64,000 nt of DNA from Octopus sinensis (lineage: Eukaryota). The stretch is from the NCBI RefSeq assembly GCF_006345805.1, contig NC_042999.1, forward strand, positions 42,966,001 through 43,030,000, read 5' to 3'. Shown in pieces: positions 26,901-35,500 of the stretch; positions within the stretch are counted from its first letter, which is position 1; every line of letters starts with the position of its first letter. The notes under the pieces are model-generated. The model had not been told where the DNA came from. It was given only the letters and a program-made list of their open reading frames with translations, and searched no databases. A program made the translations under genes and the position numbers.

Positions 26901-28335
26901 GTAATGAGTATACTCTTTACTCTTTTACTTGTTTCAGTCATTTGATTATGGCCATGCTGGAGCACCGCCTTTAGTCGAGCACATCAACCCCACGACTTAT
27001 TTTTTGAAAGCCTAGTACTTATTCTATCGGTCACCTTTGCCGAACTGCTAAGTGACGGGGACGTAAACAGACCAGCATCGGTTGTCAAGCAATGTTGGGG
27101 GGACAAACACAGACACACATACATAAATATATATCATAATCATCATCATCATTTAATGTCCGTTTTCCATGCTAGCATGGGTTGGACGGTTCGACCAGGG
27201 TCTGGTAAGCCATGGAGGCTGCACCAGGCTCTAGTCTGATTTGGCAGTGTTTCTACAGCTGGATGCCCTTCCTAACGCCAACCACTCCGTGAGTGTAGTG
27301 GGTGTTTTTTTACGTGCCACCGGCACAGGGGCCAGAGCAGGCTGGCAAACGGCCACGATCGGTTGGTGCTTTTATGTGTCACCAACACGGATGACAGTCA
27401 GGCGGCGCTAGTATCTGCCACATTCGGATGGTGCTTTTTACTTGTCACCGGCTCGGGTGTCTTAACTACAGTTTCCATTTGAATTTTTATTTTGATGTTG
27501 ATGTACTTGACTCAGCAGGTCTCCTCAAGAACAGCGGGTCACTATACGATCCAAGGTGAGCACAGCAGGCTGTCCTGCAAGCCATGAACTCACTTCATTT
27601 GTCGGGTCTTCGAAGTCACAGCATATCTCCAGAGGTCTCGGTCTTTCGTCATAGCCTCTGTGAGGCTCAAAGTACGAAGGTCATGCTTGACCACCTCGTC
27701 CCATGTCTTCCTGGGTCTACCTCTACCCTGGATTCCTTCAACAGTTTGGGAGTGGCACTTCTTCACACATCTCTCCTGCATGCTGCATCCAATGCTTCTT
27801 ATGCCCAACATTTCACTCAGGACGCTTACACTCTGTCGTACATGGACACTGACATTACACATCCAGTGGATCATGCTAGCTTCATTTCTTTCAAGCCTAC
27901 GCATGTCCTCCGCAGTCACAGCCCATGTTTCACTGCCATGAAGCATGGCAGTTCGCACACATGCATCGTACAATCTACCTTTCACTCTGAGTGAGAGACC
28001 CTTTGTCACCAGTAGGGGGAGAAGCTTCCTAAACTTTGCCCAGGCTATTCTTATTGTAGTGGTAATGCTCTCTGAGCATCCACCCCTGCTACTAACTTGG
28101 TCACCTAGGTAGCAGAAACTATCAACTACTTCTAGTTTCTCCCCAAGGAGTGTAATGGAATCTGTTTTCTGAGTATCAATGGTGTCTATTGCCTCTGTGC
28201 ATCTGCTGCACACAATAGCTATCTTCTCGGTTAATTTTCCTTTGATATTGCTGCACTTCTTATGTGTCCATAGCTTACACTGGGTACATCTTATGGAGTT
28301 TCTACCTACACCTTTTCTACAGATCGAGCAGGGCC

Positions 28336-28434
<99 letters not shown>

Positions 28435-31400
28435 CATACACACACGATGGGCTTTTTTCAGTTTCTGCCTACCAAATCCACTCACAAGGCTTTGGTTGAC
28501 CCAAGGCTATATTAGAAGACACTTGCCCAAGCTGTCACACAGTGGAACTGAACTCAGAACTATGTAGTTCGTAAGCAAGCTACTTACCACACAGCCACTC
28601 CTATTCAATAAATGCCCAGAATGATTTACCACCTAAAACTACAACATAAACTGTGACATAAACTGTAACTTATTGTAGCTACCTTTCTCTTTGACAATGG
28701 AACTGTTAACTTCTAAAATCCCTTGCTAGAAGTATACATCAATTCTTCCCTCTCTGAAGATGAAATAGACTGCTAATATATATTTCTTTACTACCCACAA
28801 TGGGCTAAACATAGAGGGGACAAACAAGGACAGACAAAGGGATTAAGTCGATTACATCGACCCCAGTGCGTAACTGGTACTTAATTTATCGACCCCGAAA
28901 GGATGAAAGGCAAAGTCAACCTCGGCGGAATTTGAACTCGGAACGTAACGACAGACGAAATACGGCTACGCAGGTCGCCTGGCGTGCTAACGTTTCTGCC
29001 AGCTCGCCGCCTTATAGACTGCTAATATATGTAAAACTTATTTTTGTCTGCTGAGAAATGCACCATACTCCCACGTGTGCATCTGTTCTGGAAACAGTTG
29101 TAAGAAACTATCTTTAATACACTTTATTCTATTCTAACAACTCTTTTGTAACAGCTCTACAGTTATGTTTAAATATATAAATTCCAAGCTCTAGACTATT
29201 ACCAATTGTCTGCCTTTTCATTCTTTCTTTGTTTCTATTATATTTTTGTTTTTGTATGTGTGTGTTTATGTTTGTTGCTTTGCATGCACAACAATAATGT
29301 TTGTTGACATTCTCTGTCAATAAAATCATCCTCTAGTCATACACTGTAGAAAACATAGTATAAAAATCCCTTACTTGAAAAACTGGTACGGCTTTGATGA
29401 AGATTTGACTGTTGTTTCTAGCAGGTCAAAGGTAGGAAGGTTGAAACGATGTCTTTCAATAAAATCATCCTCTAGTCCTACACTGTAGAAAACAGTATAA
29501 AAATCCCTTACTTGAAAAACTGGTATGGCTTTGAGGAAGATTTGACTGTTGTTTCTAGCAGATCAAAGGTAGGAAAGTTGAAACGATGTCTTTCAATAAA
29601 ATCATCCTCTAGTCCTACACTGTAGAAAACAGTATAAAAATCCCTTACTTGAAAAACTGGTATGGCTTTGATGAAGATTTGACTGTTGTTTCTAGCAGGT
29701 CAAAGGTAGGAAGGTTGAAACGATGTCTTTCAATAAAATCATCCTCTAGTCCTACACTGTAGAAAACAGTATAAAAATCCCTTACTTGAAAAACTGGTAT
29801 GGCTTTGATGAAGATTTGACTGTTGTTTCTAGCAGATCAAAGGTAGGAAGTTGAAACGATGTCTTTCAATAAAATCATCCTCTAGTCCTACACTGTAGAA
29901 AACAGTATAAAAATCCCTTACTTGAAAAACTGGTATGGCTTTGAGGAAGATTTGACTGTTGTTTCTAGCAGATCAAAGGTAGGAAAGTTGAAACGATGTC
30001 TTTCAATAAAATCATCCTCTAGTCCTACACTGTAGAAAACAGTATAAAAATCCCTTACTGAAAAACTGGTATGGCTTTGAGGAAGATTTGACTGTTGTTT
30101 CTAGCAGGTCAAAGTAGGAAGGTTAAAATGATGTCTTTCAATAAAATCATCCTCTAGTCCTACACTGTAGAAAACAGTATAAAAATCTCTTACTTGAAAA
30201 ACTGGTATGGCTTTGAGGAAGATTTGACTGTTGTTTCTAGCAGGTCAAAGGTAGGAAGGTTAAAATGATGTCTTTCAATAAAATCATCCTCTAGTCCTAC
30301 ACTGTAGAAAACAGTAAAAATCTCTTACTTGAAAACTGGTATGGCTTTGATGAAGATTTGACTGTTGTTTCTAGCAGGTCAAAGGTAGGAAGTTGAAACG
30401 ATGTCTTTCAATAAAATCATCCTCTAGTCCTACACTGTAGAAAACAGTATAAAAATCCCTTACTTGAAAAACTGGTATGGCTTTGAGGAAGATTTGACTG
30501 TTGTTTCTAGCAGATCAAAGGTAGGAAAGTTGAAACGATGTCTTTCAATAAAATCATCCTCTAGTCCTACACTGTAGAAAACAGTATAAAAATCCCTTAC
30601 TTGAAAAACTGGTATGGCTTTGAGGAAGATTTGACTGTTGTTTCTAGCAGGTCAAAGGTAGGAAGGTTAAAATGATGTCTTTCAATAAAATCATCCTCTA
30701 GTCCTACACTGTAGAAAACAGTATAAAAATCTCTTACTTGAAAAACTGGTATGGCTTTGATGAAGATTTGACTGTTGTTTCTAGCAGGTCAAAGGTAGGA
30801 AGGTTAAAATGATGTCTTTCAATAAAATCATCCTCTAGTCCTACACTGTAGAAAACAGTATAAAAATCCCTTACTTGAAAAACTGGTATGGCTTTGAGGA
30901 AGATTTGACTGTTGTTTCTAGCAGATCAAAGGTAGGAAAGTTGAAACGATGTCTTTCAATAAAATCATCCTCTAGTCCTACACTGTAGAAAACAGTATAA
31001 AAATCTCTTACTTGAAAAACTGGTATGGCTTTGAGGAAGATTTGACTGTTGTTTCTAGCAGATCAAAGGTAGGAAGTTGAAACGATGTCTTTCAATAAAA
31101 TCATCCTCTAGTCCTACACTGTAGAAAACAGTATAAAAATCTCTTACTTGAAAAACTGGTATGGCTTTGATGAAGATTTGACTGTTGTTTCTAGCAGGTC
31201 AAAGGTAGGAAGGTTAAAATGATGTCTTTCAATAAAATCATCCTCTAGTCCTACACTGTAGAAAACAGTATAAAAATCTCTTACTTGAAAAACTGGTATG
31301 GCTTTGAGGAAGATTTGACTGTTGTTTCTAGCAGGTCAAAGGTAGGAAGGTTAAAATGATGTCTTTCAATAAAATCATCCTCTAGTCCTACACTGTAGAA

Positions 31401-32500
31401 AACAGTATAAAAATCTCTTACTTGAAAAACTGGTATGGCTTTGAGGAAGATTTGACTGTTGTTTCTAGCAGGTCAAAGGTAGGAAGGTTAAAATGATGTC
31501 TTTCAATAAAATCATCCTCTAGTCCTACACTGTAGAAAACAGTATAAAAATCTTTTACTTGAAAAACTGGTATGGCTTTGAGGAAGATTTGACTGTTGTT
31601 TCTAGCAGATCAAAGGTAGGAAAGTTGAAACGATGTCTTTCAATAAAATCATCCTCTAGTCCTACACTGTAGAAAACAGTATAAAAATCCCTTACTTGAA
31701 AAACTGGTATGGCTTTGAGGAAGATTTGACTGTTGTTTCTAGCAGATCAAAGGTAGGAAAGTTGAAACGATGTCTTTCAATAAAATCATCCTCTAGTCCT
31801 ACACTGTAGAAAACAGTATAAAAATCTCTTACTTGAAAAACTGGTATGGCTTTGATGAAGATTTGACTGTTGTTTCTAGCAGGTCAAAGGTAGGAAGGTT
31901 AAAATGATGTCTTTCAATAAAATCATCCTCTAGTCCTACACTGTAGAAAACAGTATAAAAATCTCTTACTTGAAAAACTGGTATGGCTTTGAGGAAGATT
32001 TGACTGTTGTTTCTAGCAGGTCAAAGGTAGTAAGGTTGAAACGATGTCTTTCTCTGTTCATGACTACATGGACAACTTCGAAAATTAAAAAAAAAAATTA
32101 GACAAAGCCATATTACATTGCAAGTGATGGTGACTGTATTTATTTATATTTGTCCATAGGTGTTAACAGTGCGTGAGATGTTTGGGAAACAGCTGCTTCA
32201 CTTCCCCAACATGTCTGGAGCAAAAGCATTTGCTGTCACTGAGAAATGGCCAACACCTGCCAGGTAAGTGGTCTTGATTAATGATCTTCTTTTATGCTAC
32301 AGGTGTGGCTGAGCACATCCATGGTTTGAGGCAGAGACATGGCAGTGTGGCTGAGGAACTTGCTTCTCAACCATTATGACCTCAGGTTCAAACCCACTGC
32401 ATGGCACCTTGGCCAGGTATCTTCTTTTATAGCTCTGGGCTGACCAAAGCCATGTGAATGGATTTGGTAGGTAAATGGAAACTGAACTAAGCTCAACACA

Positions 32501-32552
<52 letters not shown>

Positions 32553-35500
32553 ATCTATCTATCTATGCATTTATCATTATATATATGATTCAGATGAATA
32601 TGGTACTTAAGTTGAGGCACCAGAATTTAGTACGGATGCCCATACAATTTCAAAGTAAGGTGATTAAAATCAAAATAAGTAACAAGGATATCCAGAGGTC
32701 ATGCATTACAATCTTTTCATGCAACTCCATTTAAAAGATTGTACTGCATTACCTCTGGATATCCTTGTTGCTTGTTTTGATTTATATATATATATATACA
32801 TACATACATACATACACACACACATACACACACACACACACACACACATACAAACACACACATCATCATCATCATCATCATCATCGTTTAACGTCCGCTT
32901 TCCATGCTAGCATGGGTTGTACGGTTCAACTGGGGTCTGGGAAGCCAGAAGGCTGCACCAGGCCAGTCAGATCTGGCAGTGTTTCTACAGCTGGATGCCC
33001 TTCCTAACACCAACCACTCCGAGAGTGTAGTGGGTGATTTTATGTGCCACCGACACAGGTGCCAGACGAGGCTGGCAGACGACCATGCTCGGATGGTGTT
33101 TTCTTATGTGCCACCGACACAGGTGCCAGACGAGGCTGGCAAACGGCCACGCTCGGATGGTGTTTGTTACGTGCCCTCAGCACGGAGGCCAGTTGATGCG
33201 GTACTGGCTACGGTCACGTTCGGATGGTTTTCTTATGTGCCACCAGCACTGGTACCACAAGGATACAAATTCCATTGATGTTCATCTATTTTGATTTAAT
33301 GTTTGTTTTCCATGCTGGCATGGATTGGACAATTCAACAGGAACTGCCAAGTCAGAAGACTGCCCCAAACTCTGCTGTCTGTTTTGGCATGGTTTCTATG
33401 GCTGGCTGTGCTTCCTAATGACAACGACTTTACAGAGTGTACAGGGTGCTTTTTGCATGGTACCAGCACCAGAGTGTGTGTGTGTGTGCATCCTTGTCCT
33501 AACATCATTTGATGGTTGTCAATGAGCATCACTGTTATACAAGCTATGCAGTTCATTTCAGTCTTCCATGGAAAAATCTTGGAAACAGGTGGACAAACAC
33601 TCCCTGTGGCAGGTGCCGCAAATGTAGCGAAGACTTTGCCTGGCTGGTTGTAATGTCATACTTTCTTGTTGACGTCTTTTCTTGTCTTTCCATTTCTCCT
33701 CTCTCTCCCTCTGTCACTCCTTTGTGTTCCCTCTTTTACGGTATGTTGCCAATCTCCAAGGTTGCCGGCAACTGCTTCCCAGTTGCTAATATTGATGTCG
33801 CAGGCCTTCATATCCCTTTTGCAAACATCCTTGTATCGTAAGAACGGTCTTCCCACAGACCTAGTGCCCCCAGCAAGCTCTCCGTAGAGTATGTCCTTGG
33901 GGATTCTGCCATCCTCCATACGGCTAACATGTCCAAGCCATCTCATACGTCTTTGTGTGAGGAGTGCAGACATGCTTGGTATTCCTGCTTGCTTGAGGAT
34001 ATCTTTGTTGGGGACATGATTCTGCCATTTGATGCCAAGGATTTTCCGGAGGCAGCGCAGGTGACTTGGTTAGTAGAAAAGGCCTCTTCATCCTGCTCCA
34101 AAAAATCGGATGTCCACCAAAGCTGCTGAAGATCATCAAATCTTTCCATGTTGATATGCAAGGCACCATACAGCACAATGGTTCAACATCAGCCACCTTC
34201 CAAATAAAAAACAGGGTAAAGCAAGGTTGTGTCCTTGCTCCTACATTATTTGGCATCTTCTCGCTGCTGCTGTCACATGCCTTTGAGACATCAGATGATA
34301 GAGTGTTTCTGCACAGTAGAAGTGATAGGAAACTGTTCAATCTCTTACGTCTGCATGCCAAGACCAAAATCAGAAGCGTCCTGATCAAGGAGATGCTATT
34401 TGCTGATGCTGCTGCTCTGGTATCACACACAGAAGAAGCCCTGCAAAGGTTCATCAACTGTTTTGAGCAAGCATGTAGCAACTTTGGCTTAGTTATCAGC
34501 CTCAAGAAGACCAACATCATGGGTCAGGCTACATCGGACATCCCAAACATACATAATGGAGACCACAGACTACAGGAGGTGGAGAAGTATTGGCTCTATC
34601 ATCACCTACAACCTATCCCTTGATGCCGAGCTGCTGTAATGGCCCAACTCTCCAAACGGGCATGGGACAACAATAAGCTGACCAACACCACAAAAATGAA
34701 GATTTACCAGGCATGTGTACTTAACACTCTACTGTATGGAAGTGAGACTTGGATGCCATACACACGCCAAGATCATCGCCTAAATATATTTATATATATA
34801 TATATCCATGTGTGTCTTTGTGTCTGCATTTGCCCCTCCCCCCTCCTCCATCCATCACCACTTGGCAACTGGTGCTGGTGTGTTTACATCCCTGTAACTT
34901 AGCAGTTCAGCAAAAGAGAACGATAAAATAAGTATTAGGCTTTAAAAAAATAAATCCGGGGGTTAATTTGTTTGACTAAAACCCTTCAAAGCAGTGCTCC
35001 AGCATGGCCACTGTCAAATGACTGAAGCAAGTAAGAGAATAAAATACAGTCAACCTTGATCGACCAAAGCTTTTATAGTAAAAAGCTTTGGTTCGTTCTT
35101 TGAATCCCTAATCATGTCCCTTTTGCAAAGTATTTGTATATACTTTAATATTTCACTTAGGCTTTGCAATACTAATAGCCGGGTATAAGAACCCAATGTA
35201 CATATGCATCAGAACGAAGCATCAGTCGACTACAGAGTAGTAATTGGAAACTGAGACGACAAAGTAATAGACTGTTATGTTATCAACTTCATTAGCTTGC
35301 AGCTGTTTCTACTATAAGGTGCAATACACACATAGTTGAGTGCTTGAGTATCACCCTATAGCTTCATCAGAACTTCAGACACACATACACACACACATAT
35401 GGCATTCTATAAAGACATGCTGTAAAAAGCTACAAAATTACAGTATGTTGCCATTAATGTAATTTTAGCCAACTCACAGGCTATTTGCAACACCAGTGAT

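Noticed and set aside
29390-29460. Hammerhead in the satellite unit (TTGATGA...tttgac/gtcaaa...GAAACGATGTC)
   Set aside because: C3 is absent, stem I cannot form, a 12-nt unpaired insert precedes GAAA, and many units carry gagga or taaaatg variants.
29318-32052. CRISPR array
   Set aside because: Eukaryotic intron; the whole 137-bp unit repeats with no unique spacers and there are no cas genes.
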